52,358 nt of DNA from an uncultured bacterium (GCA_963978095.1 CAXBQP010000015.1:1-52358), one strand, 5' to 3'; positions 17,454-27,800 are shown, counted from the first letter of the stretch. Notes: generated by a model from the sequence alone, not told the origin. A program made the numbers and translations.

Positions 17454-18581
17454 ATGCGAACTCCCCGCCGACCCTCCCCGATCCGTCGCGCGATACGCGC
17501 CGCGACACGCGCCGCGATACGCGCCGCGATCGTCCCCGCCCTGCGTTGCGCCATGTCGAGCGCGCTCCTGCTCACGCCGATCGTCGCACACGCGCAACGT
17601 CTCGAAGGACTCTGGTACGCACGCAACAACGACGAGAGCGTGAACAGCTTCGTCGCGAACGCCGCGCGCATATCGATCGTGTCGCCGCAGGTGTTCTCGA
17701 TGGACAGCACCGGGGTGATCCGCGGCTCGATCTCGCCGCGCATCGTCGAGGCGGCGAAGAAGAACGGCGTGAAGCTTGTCCCGCTCGTGATGAATCCCGG
17801 TTTCGATCTCGCCGCGCTGCATCGCGTGCTCAATGACGCCACGGCGCGCGCGACGGCCATGCGGAGTCTCGCCGCACTCTGTCGCGATCAGCATCTCGAC
17901 GGGATCCAGTTCGATTTCGAGAACCTGCACGTCAGCGATCGCGACGTCTTCACCGCCTTCACGCGCGAAGCCACCGACTCGGTGCATCGCGCGGGGTGTA
18001 CGCTCTCTGCGGCCGTCGTGCCGCGCACCGACGACGACCGTGGCCCGCTCCCGTATCACCAGTGGATGTACGACTACTGGCGCGGCGCGTACGACTACAA
18101 GGCGCTCGCCGATACGCTCGACTTCCTCTCGTACATGACGTACGCCCAGCACACGAGCGGCTCGACGCCGGGTCCGGTGGCGGGCTATCCGTGGATGGAA
18201 GCGTCGATCAAGTACGTGCTCGCTGCCGGCGTGCCCCCGCGCAAGATCTCGCTCGGCATCCCGAGTTACTCCGACTACTGGTATCCAGGATACAACGTCA
18301 AGACGGGATCGCGCTCGCAGGCGAGCGATATCGAGTATCCGCGTCTCAGGGCGATCATGGACAGTGCGCATGCCAAGGCGACGTGGGACGACACGCAGAA
18401 GGCCTGGTTCGCGCAGTGGCCGCGCAACGGAGTGTTCGAGCTCGCGTGGATCGAGGACGCACGGGCGTTCAAGGCCAAACTGGAGTTGGTGCGGAAGTAC
18501 AAGCTGCGTGGCTACTCGGTGTGGCTGATCGGCACCGAGGACCCGGCCACTTGGAACATCCTGGGACCGATCGCCAAGTGA
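17454..18581 (+). CDS. Secreted glycoside hydrolase family 18 (chitinase/peptidoglycan hydrolase-like)
   Basis: LDGIQFDFE catalytic motif, MTYAQH, PGPVA, KISLGIP.Y and LRGYSVWLIG.ED. Start at 17454 or 17553. Confidence 0.85.
   Translation: MRTPRRPSPIRRAIRAATRAAIRAAIVPALRCAMSSALLLTPIVAHAQRLEGLWYARNNDESVNSFVANAARISIVSPQVFSMDSTGVIRGSISPRIVEAAKKNGVKLVPLVMNPGFDLAALHRVLNDATARATAMRSLAALCRDQHLDGIQFDFENLHVSDRDVFTAFTREATDSVHRAGCTLSAAVVPRTDDDRGPLPYHQWMYDYWRGAYDYKALADTLDFLSYMTYAQHTSGSTPGPVAGYPWMEASIKYVLAAGVPPRKISLGIPSYSDYWYPGYNVKTGSRSQASDIEYPRLRAIMDSAHAKATWDDTQKAWFAQWPRNGVFELAWIEDARAFKAKLELVRKYKLRGYSVWLIGTEDPATWNILGPIAK
17489..17530 (+). repeat. 12-bp tandem repeat (CGCGAYACGCGC, 3.5 copies) at the 5' end of the GH18 gene
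   Basis: Units at 17489, 17501 and 17513 plus a partial at 17525; encodes RAAT/RAAI repeats. Confidence 0.8.
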
Positions 18582-18585
18582 GGAT

Positions 18586-19446
18586 GTGATGAAGCGACGT
18601 GACTTTGTAGGAGTGATGGGAGCGGCCGCTGCGGGGAGCACGTTGCTCCCCTCGATGCTACGCGCGGGCGAGTTCGGTGCGGGGGCGGCCTCCCTCAAGC
18701 GGATCGGCCTCGAGACCTACTCGGTGCGCGACAAGATGAAGGCCGACCCCGACGGCACCTTGCGCGCCATCCGCGCCATGGGGTACACCGACGTCGAGCT
18801 CCTCTGGTCGTTCGACAACTTCGGCCGCACCACGGCGCAGGTGAAGGCGGTGCTCGCGAGCACGGGACTCAAGGCGCCCTCCGCGCACATCGCACCGGAG
18901 ATCCTGCTCAAGGACTGGAACAAGAGTCTCGACACCGCCAAGGAACTCGGTCACGACTCTCTGATCGTGCCGAGTCTCCCGAAGGAGACGGATACCTCGC
19001 TCGACGCGTGGCGCGTGTGGGCCGATCGCTTCAACACCGCGGGTGAGGCGGCGCGGCGTGTGGGGCTCTGGCTCGCCTTCCACAACGAACCGAACCACAT
19101 GAAGGCGATCGCGCATCAGGTGCCGTACGATCTCTTCGTGTCGCTCATCGATGTGGGGTTGGTGCGGTTGCAGCTCGACGTCGGCAACATGATCGCGGGC
19201 GGTGGCGACCCGCAGGAGTACCTCAAGAAGTACGAAGCCCGCTATCACTCCTTCCATCTGAAGGACATGGTCGCCGACCGTTCCCACGATACCGAGCTCG
19301 GCACCGGGGTGTTCAATGCCAAGACCTTCCTCGCCGCGGTGAAGAACCTCGACAAGAAGCCGGTGTACGTGGAGCAAGAGGGCTCGAAGGACTCGATGGC
19401 GAGTGCGAAGCGGAACCTCGAGTATCTGAGGCGATTGACCTACTAA
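18586..19446 (+). CDS. Tat-exported sugar-phosphate isomerase/epimerase (xylose-isomerase-like TIM barrel)
   Basis: KRRDFV signal; GY..VEL, FHNE, QLDVG, FHLKD and YVEQE metal-site motifs. Confidence 0.85.
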   Translation: MMKRRDFVGVMGAAAAGSTLLPSMLRAGEFGAGAASLKRIGLETYSVRDKMKADPDGTLRAIRAMGYTDVELLWSFDNFGRTTAQVKAVLASTGLKAPSAHIAPEILLKDWNKSLDTAKELGHDSLIVPSLPKETDTSLDAWRVWADRFNTAGEAARRVGLWLAFHNEPNHMKAIAHQVPYDLFVSLIDVGLVRLQLDVGNMIAGGGDPQEYLKKYEARYHSFHLKDMVADRSHDTELGTGVFNAKTFLAAVKNLDKKPVYVEQEGSKDSMASAKRNLEYLRRLTY

Positions 19447-19648
19447 CGTCAGTGTCTTGTCGCAACGGCCCACTCGTCCTGATGCCTCACCGGCCACCGC
19501 TTCATGGACCCACGCTGATGGATATCGACGTCGCCGAGGAGCCCGGTCGACGATGGGCCTCGGCGGAAAGCGCGGTCGTGGTGCGTACTCACTGGAGCCG
19601 TCGGGACGGGCGAAAGTTCCCACTCTCGCGGGCGGCGGTTCGGTGAAG

Positions 19649-19654
19649 TAGGAT
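19649..19654 (+). promoter_or_regulatory. -10 element (TAGGAT) 6 nt before the amidase ATG, probable leaderless promoter
   Basis: TANNNT-N6-ATG geometry. Confidence 0.5.
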
Positions 19655-19660
19655 TTCGGG

Positions 19661-21202
19661 ATGCGCATTCTCCTCCCGCTCGTCGCCATCGTCCCCGCCG
19701 CGCTGCTGGCGCAGCGTCCGTCGCCATCGACCTTCCGCGTCGAGGAGACGACCATCGCCCAGGTGCACGCGGCTTTCAAGAGTCGCCAGCTCACCTGCCA
19801 TGCGCTCGTCGCGCGGTACCTCGACCGGATCGCGCGCTACGACAAGCGCGGTCCCGCGATCAACGCGCTCATCACGGTCAACCCGCAGGCGCTCGCGATC
19901 GCCGATTCGCTCGACCGGCGCTACGCCGCGTCGGGGCCGGTCGGGCCGCTGCACTGCATCCCGATGATCGTGAAGGACAACTTCGAAACGCGCGACCTGC
20001 AAACGACTGCCGGATCGCTCGCGCTCAAGGGATGGATCCCGAAGCGCGATGCGACGATGGTGCAGCGCATTCGCGACGCGGGGGCAATCGTGCTCGCGAA
20101 ATCGAATCTCGCGGAATGGGCCTTCACGCCCTACGAGACGGTGAGCTCGATCCTTCCGGGATACACGAAGAATCCGTACGCGCTCGACCGCGTGACCGCG
20201 GGGTCGAGTGGTGGGACGGCCGCGGCCGTCGCGGCGAATGAGGGGGAAGTCGGACTCGGCACCGATACCGGGAACTCGATCCGAGGCCCGTCGGCGCACA
20301 ACGCCCTGGTCGGGATCCGATCGACGATGGGGCTCACCTCGCGCGCGGGCGTGGTACCGCTGAACAACGGGAGCGATATCGCCGGCCCGATGGCACGAAC
20401 CGTGGCCGACGCGGTGGAGGTGTTCCAGGTGGTCGCAGGCGCCGACACGGATGATCCCGTGACCGCCGCGGCGCGCGAGCACCGCGAGACGGACTATCGC
20501 GCCTTCGTGAAGCCCGGAGCGCTCAAAGGGGCGCGGATCGGGGTGCTGCGGCAGGCCTACGAGCGGCCGAGCACGGACAGCGAGGTCGTCGCGGTGTTCG
20601 GGCGCGCACTCGACGCGATGCGTGCACAGGGGGCGACGATCGTGGATCCTGCGGGGATCGATTCGCTCGCGGCGGTCACGCGCGCGGGCGGCGGTGGCTG
20701 CAATCCGTTCAAGTACGATCTCGAGCGCTATCTCGCTGCGCGTGGTGAAGGGGCGCCGGTGAAGACCATCCGTGAAGTGTTGCGGAGCGGGAACTATCAT
20801 CCGACGGTACAGCTGCGTCTTCAGGCGGCGGACACGGTGTCGCTCCCGCCGGAGTCCGCACCGGGATGCCAGGCGCGCGAGACGATGCGCGCCCGATTCC
20901 GGACGGCGGTGCTCGCGATGATGGATTCGCTGAAGCTCGACGCACTCGTGTATCCCACGTGGAGCAATCCGCCCCGCCTGATCGGCGATCTGAACACCCC
21001 GCACGGCGACAACAGCCAACTCTTCGCTCCCACGACCGGGTTCCCGGCCATCACGGTCCCGATGGGCTACACGCGCGACGATCGGTTGCCGGCCGGCATG
21101 ACCTTGTTCGGACGGCCATGGAGTGAAGGGCGGCTGATCGGCCTCGCGTACGGGTTCGAGCAGGCCACACAGCACCGGAAGGCCCCGGCGTCCACGCCAT
21201 GA
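19661..21202 (+). CDS. Secreted amidase-signature family protein
   Basis: PLHCIPMIVKDN (Lys), GSSGG (cis-Ser) and GTDTGNSIRGPS (Ser); signal peptide. Confidence 0.92.
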   Translation: MRILLPLVAIVPAALLAQRPSPSTFRVEETTIAQVHAAFKSRQLTCHALVARYLDRIARYDKRGPAINALITVNPQALAIADSLDRRYAASGPVGPLHCIPMIVKDNFETRDLQTTAGSLALKGWIPKRDATMVQRIRDAGAIVLAKSNLAEWAFTPYETVSSILPGYTKNPYALDRVTAGSSGGTAAAVAANEGEVGLGTDTGNSIRGPSAHNALVGIRSTMGLTSRAGVVPLNNGSDIAGPMARTVADAVEVFQVVAGADTDDPVTAAAREHRETDYRAFVKPGALKGARIGVLRQAYERPSTDSEVVAVFGRALDAMRAQGATIVDPAGIDSLAAVTRAGGGGCNPFKYDLERYLAARGEGAPVKTIREVLRSGNYHPTVQLRLQAADTVSLPPESAPGCQARETMRARFRTAVLAMMDSLKLDALVYPTWSNPPRLIGDLNTPHGDNSQLFAPTTGFPAITVPMGYTRDDRLPAGMTLFGRPWSEGRLIGLAYGFEQATQHRKAPASTP

Positions 21203-22533
21203 CCCCATCCCGCTTCCCGCCAGGTCCGCGCGCGCGGTTCCCCGGTGCACTCCTCCTCCAGACGCAGGGGGACCTCCTCGGATTCTTCCGGCGCAACGTC
21301 GCGACCTTCGGCGACATCTTCGGATTCTCGCCCTTCGGGCGTCGCGTCGTCTATCTGCAGCATCCGGACATGATTCGCGACGTCCTCGTGACGCAACAGC
21401 GGCAGTTCGCCAAGGGCCGCGCGCTCGATCGTGCCCGTCCGCTCCTCGGCAACGGACTCCTCACGAGCGAAGGAGATTTCCACCTGCGCCAGCGTCGGCT
21501 CGCGCAGCCGGCCTTCCATCGTGATCGGATCTCCCAGTATGCCGCCGCGATGGTGGCGCTGACGGAGCGCATGCGCGACACCTGGCACGACGGGCAACTG
21601 TTCGACGTACACGAGCAGATGATGTCGCTCACGTTGCAGATCGTCGCGTCCACGCTCTTCGGCACGACGGTCGATGACGAAGCTCGCGAGCTCCATGAAG
21701 CCCTGGATGGCGCACTGGAGACGTTCAACCTGCGCATGTTGCCCGGCTCCGAGCTCTTGGAGCGCCTTCCGTTGCCGTGGGTGCGACGCTTCAACCGCTC
21801 CCGCCATCGGCTGGATGCCACGGTGTACCGGATCATCCGCGAGCGCCGTGCCAGTGGCGAAGACCGGGGGGATTTGCTGTCCATGCTGCTGTCGGCGACC
21901 GACGCCGAAGGGGACGGCACCGGGATGTCCGATGAGCAACTCCGCGACGAAGTGATGACGCTGTTCCTTGCCGGACACGAGACCACGGCCAACGCGCTCA
22001 CCTGGACCTGGTACCTCCTCTGCCGCAATCCCAAGGCCGAGGAGCGGCTGCATGCCGAGGTGGATGCACTGGGGCACACCCCGACCATCGCGGACCTGCC
22101 GCGCCTGGAATACACGCGGCGGGTCGTAATGGAATCGATGCGCTTGTACCCTCCCGCCTATGCCATCGGGCGGCGGGTGCTGGAGGATTATCAGGTTGGC
22201 GGATACACCATCCCGGCCAACGCGATGGTCGTCGTGAGCCAGTTCCTCGTGCATCGCGATCCCCGGTGGTTTCCCGATCCGGACCTGTTCGACCCCGATC
22301 GCTGGCTGCCGGAGGTCGCCGCCACACGTCCGAAGTTCTCGTATTTCCCGTTCGGCGCGGGGACCCGCATCTGCATCGGGGAGCAGTTCGCCTGGACCGA
22401 AGCCATTCTGATCGTCGCGACCCTCGCGCGACGCTGGCGTTTCTGGCTCGCGCCGAAACAGCGCATCGCCGTGCAGCCGCGCATCACGCTGCGACCGAAA
22501 TACGGGATCCAGATGGTGGTGCGGGACCGCTGA
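21199..22533 (+). CDS. Cytochrome P450
   Basis: FLAGHETTA (I helix), ESMR (ExxR), FDPDRW and FPFGAGTRICIG (heme Cys); ATGA overlap with the amidase gene. Confidence 0.95.
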   Translation: MTPSRFPPGPRARFPGALLLQTQGDLLGFFRRNVATFGDIFGFSPFGRRVVYLQHPDMIRDVLVTQQRQFAKGRALDRARPLLGNGLLTSEGDFHLRQRRLAQPAFHRDRISQYAAAMVALTERMRDTWHDGQLFDVHEQMMSLTLQIVASTLFGTTVDDEARELHEALDGALETFNLRMLPGSELLERLPLPWVRRFNRSRHRLDATVYRIIRERRASGEDRGDLLSMLLSATDAEGDGTGMSDEQLRDEVMTLFLAGHETTANALTWTWYLLCRNPKAEERLHAEVDALGHTPTIADLPRLEYTRRVVMESMRLYPPAYAIGRRVLEDYQVGGYTIPANAMVVVSQFLVHRDPRWFPDPDLFDPDRWLPEVAATRPKFSYFPFGAGTRICIGEQFAWTEAILIVATLARRWRFWLAPKQRIAVQPRITLRPKYGIQMVVRDR

Positions 22534-22554
22534 CGTCGAGGCTGGTTCCGGCAG

Positions 22555-22560
22555 TAGCTT
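22555..22560 (+). promoter_or_regulatory. -10 element (TAGCTT) 6 nt before ATG 22567, probable leaderless promoter
   Basis: TANNNT-N6-ATG geometry with no Shine-Dalgarno. Confidence 0.5.
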
Positions 22561-22566
22561 ACGCCG

Positions 22567-25500
22567 ATGCCATTCCTGCTGACGCTCGTGTTCGTCCTGT
22601 CGGGGGCCGCCGGCCTGATGTACGAGTCCATCTGGAGCCGCTACCTCGGGCTCTTCGTCGGACACTCGGCCTACGGACAGGTCATCGTCCTCGTGATCTA
22701 TTTGGGGGGGATGTCCGCCGGTGCGGCACTCGCCGCGCGACGCTCGGAGCGTGTCGCCGAGCCGCTGATCGCTTATGCGATCGTGGAAGTGCTGGTCGGA
22801 CTGATCGGGCTCGTGTTCCACACGGCCTTTCTGGCGACGACGACGTTCGCGTACCACACGATCTTTCCGGCGGTGGCGGGGAGCGTGGCATTGCCGATCG
22901 TCAAATGGGGGTTGGCGAGTGCGCTGATCCTCCCGCAGTCCCTGCTGTTGGGCGCCACCTTTCCGCTCATGACCGCCGGGCTGATTCGCCGAGCCCGCGG
23001 TGGCAGCGTGGGCACCGGACAGCTCATCGCCTTGCTGTATTTCGCCAACTCGATCGGGGCCGCGATCGGCGTGCTCGTCGCCGGATTCTCGCTGATCAAG
23101 TGGGTGGGACTGCCGGGGACGCTGCTCACGGCCGCCGTCATCAACATCCTGGTCGGGCTGGCGGTGTTCGCGGCGGTCCGCATGAATCAGGAGGCTGAGT
23201 CCGAGGGTCCGTTCACCACGAGCGCCTCGGAGACCGCCACCGGGGCGCTGAAGGCCGATCCCGAACTGCCGATGCTGTGGCGTGTGCTGTTGGTGGTGAG
23301 CCTGGGCACCGCGCTCTCGAGTTTCATCTACGAGATCAGCTGGGTGCGCATGCTCTCGCTCGTCCTGGGGAGCGCCACGCATTCGTTCGAGTTGATGCTG
23401 TCGGCGTTCATCCTCGGGCTGGCGCTTGGCGCGTTCTGGGTACGCACCCGTGCGGATCATTTCCGGGACGCCATGCGGACGCTGGCCGTCACACAGTGGG
23501 CGATGGGGGCGCTCGCGCTCGGTACCCTGTCGGCGTACCTCGCGTCGTTCCACTGGATGGCCACCCTCATCAGCGGCCTCGATCAAACGGTGGAAGGATA
23601 CCATTTCTTCACCATCGCCAAGTACGGCATCGCGCTGACGGTGATGCTGCCGGCCACGTTCTGTGCGGGGATCACCCTTCCCCTGATCACGCACATGCTC
23701 ATGCGCGCCGGCGGTGGGGAACGGGCGATCGGCGCGGTGTACAGTGTGAACACGTTGGGGTCGATCATCGGTGCCGCGCTGGCCGCGCTGATCCTCCTGC
23801 CGGTGCTCGGGCTCAAGTCGTTGCTGATCGCCGGCGGCGTGCTCGATATGGGGATCGGCGTCTGGCTGATGATGATCGCCGGCCGGCGCAATCCCGAGGC
23901 GCGGCGCTTCGGGTCGGCGCTCGCAGGCGCGACGGTGCTCGTCGTCTTCACGATCGTCGCGAACGTGCAGCTCGACAAGACGATCCTGGTGAGTGGCGTG
24001 TTCCGGTATGGCCGTGTCCCTGCCCCGGGCTCACGCGACGTGGTGTTCTACAAGGACGGACGCACGGCCACGGTCAGCGTGGTGAAGGCCGAGGACGGTG
24101 GATATTCGCTGGCGACCAATGGGAAGCCGGATGCATCGCTGTCACCGCGCTGGTTCGAGTCGGCGTCCGATGCAACCGCCCGCGTGCCCTTTGACGGCGA
24201 TGAGAGCACGCAAGTCCTGCTTCCCATGATCACCTTGGCGCACGTGCCGCACGCCAGGCAGGGCGCAGTCATCGGGAATGGATCGGGGATGAGTTCGCAC
24301 CTGCTACTCGGGAGCCCGACGCTCGAACAGCTCGTGACGATCGACATCGAGCCGGAGATGATCAACGGCTCGCACATGTTCTATCCGGTGAACAAGCGCG
24401 TCTTCGACGATCCGCGCGCACGCTACGTGCATGACGATGCCAAGAGCTACTTCGCGTCGCAGAACCGGAAATTCGACCTCATCCTGAGCGAGCCGTCGAA
24501 CCCGTGGGTCAGCGGCGTGAGCGGGCTCTTCACGGATGAGTTCTATCAGCGGGTACGTACGTTCCTCACCACGGACGGGATCTTCGGGCAGTGGCTGCAC
24601 CTGTACGAGATCGACGACGGGTTGGTGTTGAGCGTCATTCGGGCGGTGCACCGGAATTTCCCGTCGTACACCATCTACATGACGGCGGATCTGGATATCC
24701 TCATCGTGGCGTCGAACCGCCCCGCGCTGCCGACCCCCGACTGGAGCGTGTTCACACTTCCGGAGATCGAGCGGGACCTGCGCCACTTCTTCCCGGTCAC
24801 GCCACAGGCCCTTGAATCCGTCCGCTTGGTCTCCCGCGATGCCCTCGCCCCCCTGATGGACGGCACCGGCTCGGATGGCGTGAACAGCGATTTCTATCCG
24901 ACGCTCGACCTCCTGAGCGAGCAGACCCGCTACATGAAGGAGCACGCCTCCGGCTTCCAGGGACTCAACGAAGGTCGGTACGACGTCGCCGCTGCTCTGA
25001 TGGGCGCGCGCATTCTCCCGTCCCCCGTCACGACCAGCGTGCTGGATATCGGCCGCGTGAATGCCCTGGCGCTCGGTGCCGCGATGCGGGCGCCGATCGG
25101 CACCGTGGTGCCCGAGGGGATGCGCGAGGCATCGACGCTCCGCGAGGCGCGGTCGCGCTGGGCGCAGTTGGAGGCGGTGATGGCGTCGGGCCGGGTGCCC
25201 CCGGACTGGCCGATCTTCTTCCGTTTGGCCTCCGACGTGGAATCCGACCTGCACAGCGGCACGATGGGATGGGCCGACGAACCCTTCTATGCACGAGTCG
25301 CCGCATTCATGGATCGGCAGAACGCGCCGAGGAATGCGCGCGACGCGTGGCGGTTCCTGCACGCCATCTCGGTCTACGATTGGCCGCTCGCGGCGGAGTT
25401 GGCGGACGTCCAGATCACCTCCCGCGTCTCCGGACTCGGCTGGATCAATCCCGATCTGCTGCGGAGTGGCGCGGTCATCGCGTACATGCGCACCGGGCAA

Positions 25501-25638
25501 TTCCTGAAGGCGCGCGAGGCCTTCGACCGGCTTGCGGAATTCGCGCATTGGAAGAACAATGACCTGCGGATCCGGTTGCTGGGCGCGCATCTGGCCGCAG
25601 CGGAGAAGTCTGCGAACGTGAAACCCTCAGCCCGGTGA
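22567..25638 (+). CDS. Fused MFS-like membrane / spermidine-synthase-like SAM-dependent transferase
   Basis: Duplicated SG...L.YE..W.R.L membrane modules; TNGKPDAS; VIGNGSG; DIEP; DDAK; FDLILSEPSNPW; GIFGQWL. Confidence 0.88.
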   Translation: MPFLLTLVFVLSGAAGLMYESIWSRYLGLFVGHSAYGQVIVLVIYLGGMSAGAALAARRSERVAEPLIAYAIVEVLVGLIGLVFHTAFLATTTFAYHTIFPAVAGSVALPIVKWGLASALILPQSLLLGATFPLMTAGLIRRARGGSVGTGQLIALLYFANSIGAAIGVLVAGFSLIKWVGLPGTLLTAAVINILVGLAVFAAVRMNQEAESEGPFTTSASETATGALKADPELPMLWRVLLVVSLGTALSSFIYEISWVRMLSLVLGSATHSFELMLSAFILGLALGAFWVRTRADHFRDAMRTLAVTQWAMGALALGTLSAYLASFHWMATLISGLDQTVEGYHFFTIAKYGIALTVMLPATFCAGITLPLITHMLMRAGGGERAIGAVYSVNTLGSIIGAALAALILLPVLGLKSLLIAGGVLDMGIGVWLMMIAGRRNPEARRFGSALAGATVLVVFTIVANVQLDKTILVSGVFRYGRVPAPGSRDVVFYKDGRTATVSVVKAEDGGYSLATNGKPDASLSPRWFESASDATARVPFDGDESTQVLLPMITLAHVPHARQGAVIGNGSGMSSHLLLGSPTLEQLVTIDIEPEMINGSHMFYPVNKRVFDDPRARYVHDDAKSYFASQNRKFDLILSEPSNPWVSGVSGLFTDEFYQRVRTFLTTDGIFGQWLHLYEIDDGLVLSVIRAVHRNFPSYTIYMTADLDILIVASNRPALPTPDWSVFTLPEIERDLRHFFPVTPQALESVRLVSRDALAPLMDGTGSDGVNSDFYPTLDLLSEQTRYMKEHASGFQGLNEGRYDVAAALMGARILPSPVTTSVLDIGRVNALALGAAMRAPIGTVVPEGMREASTLREARSRWAQLEAVMASGRVPPDWPIFFRLASDVESDLHSGTMGWADEPFYARVAAFMDRQNAPRNARDAWRFLHAISVYDWPLAAELADVQITSRVSGLGWINPDLLRSGAVIAYMRTGQFLKAREAFDRLAEFAHWKNNDLRIRLLGAHLAAAEKSANVKPSAR

Positions 25639-25642
25639 CGGC

Positions 25643-27754
25643 ATGCGTCGATTGATGACCGCCCTGTTGCTCTCATGCCTTGTAGCCCCGCTACGTGGCA
25701 GCGCCCAAGGGACGACGACACCCACACTGCTCGATCGCGTGCTGCGCGCCGAGGACACGCGTGCCTCCGAGGCCGAGGGACTCCCGACACTTCTGGAAGC
25801 GCTCCGGAGCACGGATCTGACCGTGCACCGCGTCGCGATCCGCGCGATCGGTCGGCTGCAGCGCCCCGATCAACTGCCGCGCTTGAACGTGATGCTCGAT
25901 CACGCGCTGTCCATGCGATCGGAAGCCGCGAACGCCATCGCCCAGTCGGTTGCGTCCGTGCCGACCAGCGGGCGCGGACTCGATTCCGCACGCGCCGCGG
26001 TGCGTCTGGCGCGGGCGGTACTGCTCAAACGGCTGTCGATCGAGCGGGAGCCCGAGGTCGTCGGAGTACTCGCGCGTTCGCTGGGGCGTATTCCCTACCT
26101 GGAGGCGGAGCAGATCGCCGGCGACGAAGCGGCGATTCTCGCATCCACGAAACGGGTCGGCGGCTTTCTGGCGCTTCCGGAGGATGCCGCTTTCAATGTT
26201 GTGCACGGGCTCAATGACATCGCCAAGGCACGCCGCACGCGCCGGGAGCCGTCGCCGGCGATGTTCGACCTGTTGCGGGGGGCGGTCGCGGCATCGCCAG
26301 ACGCCAAGGTACGGCGGCTGGCGATGACGGCCTTGGTGCCCGCTGCCGGTTTCGACAGCGCGACACTCGCGATCGCGCGTCGCGATGCGGATCCGGAGGT
26401 GCGTCGAGGCGTGCTCGTTGGCGCTTCCGGCCTCACGGCGGCGCAGCATGATTCGCTGTTGCAGTGGGGGCTTCACGACCCAAGCCCGATCGTGCGGCTC
26501 GAGGCCATTCGATTCTGGCGGCAAGGCATCACGGCGCCCGACTGTGCTCCCGTACTTGCAGCGACCCGTGATCGTTCGCCGGCCGTGGCGCTCGCGGCGA
26601 TCGATGCGCTTGCCGGCCTGTGTGCCCCCGTGAACGACCGCGTCGCCCGGCTTCGGGACCTGGCCGAGGCCTTGCCGATGACGGAGACCGGACACGCCGC
26701 CGGGGAGATGTCGTGGCATCCGGCGGCCCACGCGCTGGTCGCGCTCGCTCGAGCCGATCGGATCGCCGCTGAGATGTTGCTCCCACGGTTCGCCGGACAC
26801 CGGCGTGCAACGGTTCGGGAATATGCCGCTCGGGCCGCCACCGTGTTGCGCGATACCGCAGCGTTGTCGGCGTTGATCGCGGATGGAAACCACAACGTGC
26901 AGGCCGAGGCGATCACGGGGATGTCGCAGGTCCGCGGACATGCGGGTGACGCCATGTACGCCGCGCTGCTCAGCTCTACCGGGCATCAGGTCGTCATGGC
27001 GGCAGCAACCGCATTGGCCGGGTCACGGAACCCGTCCGTCCCGGGCGCTCTCGTCGAGGCGTTGGATCGCCTGACGGCTGGCAAGCGCGAAAACGCGCGC
27101 GACGCGCGGATGGCACTGCTCACGCGGCTCCAGGACGTCGGATCGGTGTCGCTGACTGGACGCATGACACCGTATCTCGTCGACTACGACAGCACGGTCG
27201 CCAAGAAAGTGGCGGGGATTCTCGGCGGGTGGAGCGGCCAGCGCGTGGAGGCCACGCCCACAGCACTCCCCATCCGGGACGAACCCTTGGGCCGGATCTT
27301 CGCTGCGCGCTCGATCCAGCTCCGCATCACCATGAGCCCGACCAGCGGTGGTGGCGTGATCCTCATCCGGCTCTTTCCCGAGGACGCACCGGCAACGGTC
27401 GCTCGGCTGGTGCGACTCGCGCGGGAGCATTACTACGATGGCCTAAGCATCCATCGTATCGTACCGAACTTCGTGATCCAGGGGGGAAGCCCGGACGCCA
27501 ATGAGTACGTCGGCGATGGGGCGTTCATGCGCGACGAGCTCAGCCTGCGGAGTCATACTCGCGGCACCGTCGGGATCTCAACGCGCGGCCGAGACACCGG
27601 CGATGCGCAGTTCTTCGTGAATCTCGTGGACAACGTCCGGCTCGACCACGATTACACGGTGGTCGGCGAGATCCTCCAAGGACTCGCGGTGGCCGATGGA
27701 ATTCTGGAAGGTGATGTGATGGCGAAGGTCGAGGTGATCGAACGCAACAACTGA
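25643..27754 (+). CDS. Secreted HEAT-repeat protein with a C-terminal cyclophilin-type peptidyl-prolyl isomerase
   Basis: HEAT-like D....VR..A repeats; AP.TV, YYDG..IHRIVPNFVIQGG, RGTVG, DTGDAQFFVNL and LD..YTV.G. Confidence 0.88.
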   Translation: MRRLMTALLLSCLVAPLRGSAQGTTTPTLLDRVLRAEDTRASEAEGLPTLLEALRSTDLTVHRVAIRAIGRLQRPDQLPRLNVMLDHALSMRSEAANAIAQSVASVPTSGRGLDSARAAVRLARAVLLKRLSIEREPEVVGVLARSLGRIPYLEAEQIAGDEAAILASTKRVGGFLALPEDAAFNVVHGLNDIAKARRTRREPSPAMFDLLRGAVAASPDAKVRRLAMTALVPAAGFDSATLAIARRDADPEVRRGVLVGASGLTAAQHDSLLQWGLHDPSPIVRLEAIRFWRQGITAPDCAPVLAATRDRSPAVALAAIDALAGLCAPVNDRVARLRDLAEALPMTETGHAAGEMSWHPAAHALVALARADRIAAEMLLPRFAGHRRATVREYAARAATVLRDTAALSALIADGNHNVQAEAITGMSQVRGHAGDAMYAALLSSTGHQVVMAAATALAGSRNPSVPGALVEALDRLTAGKRENARDARMALLTRLQDVGSVSLTGRMTPYLVDYDSTVAKKVAGILGGWSGQRVEATPTALPIRDEPLGRIFAARSIQLRITMSPTSGGGVILIRLFPEDAPATVARLVRLAREHYYDGLSIHRIVPNFVIQGGSPDANEYVGDGAFMRDELSLRSHTRGTVGISTRGRDTGDAQFFVNLVDNVRLDHDYTVVGEILQGLAVADGILEGDVMAKVEVIERNN

Positions 27755-27800
27755 TGTCGAGCGCCGGCCCGGCCGACGGAAGCTCTCTCTCTTCGGAGTA

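Noticed and set aside
17489..17530. Short direct repeats as a possible CRISPR array
   Set aside because: Units are 11-12 bp, contiguous, without spacers, and no cas genes are present.
19510..19580. CTGATG...stem...GAAA resembling a hammerhead ribozyme
   Set aside because: The core reads CUGAUGG rather than CUGANGA, the spacing to the stem is wrong, and stems I/III are not supported.
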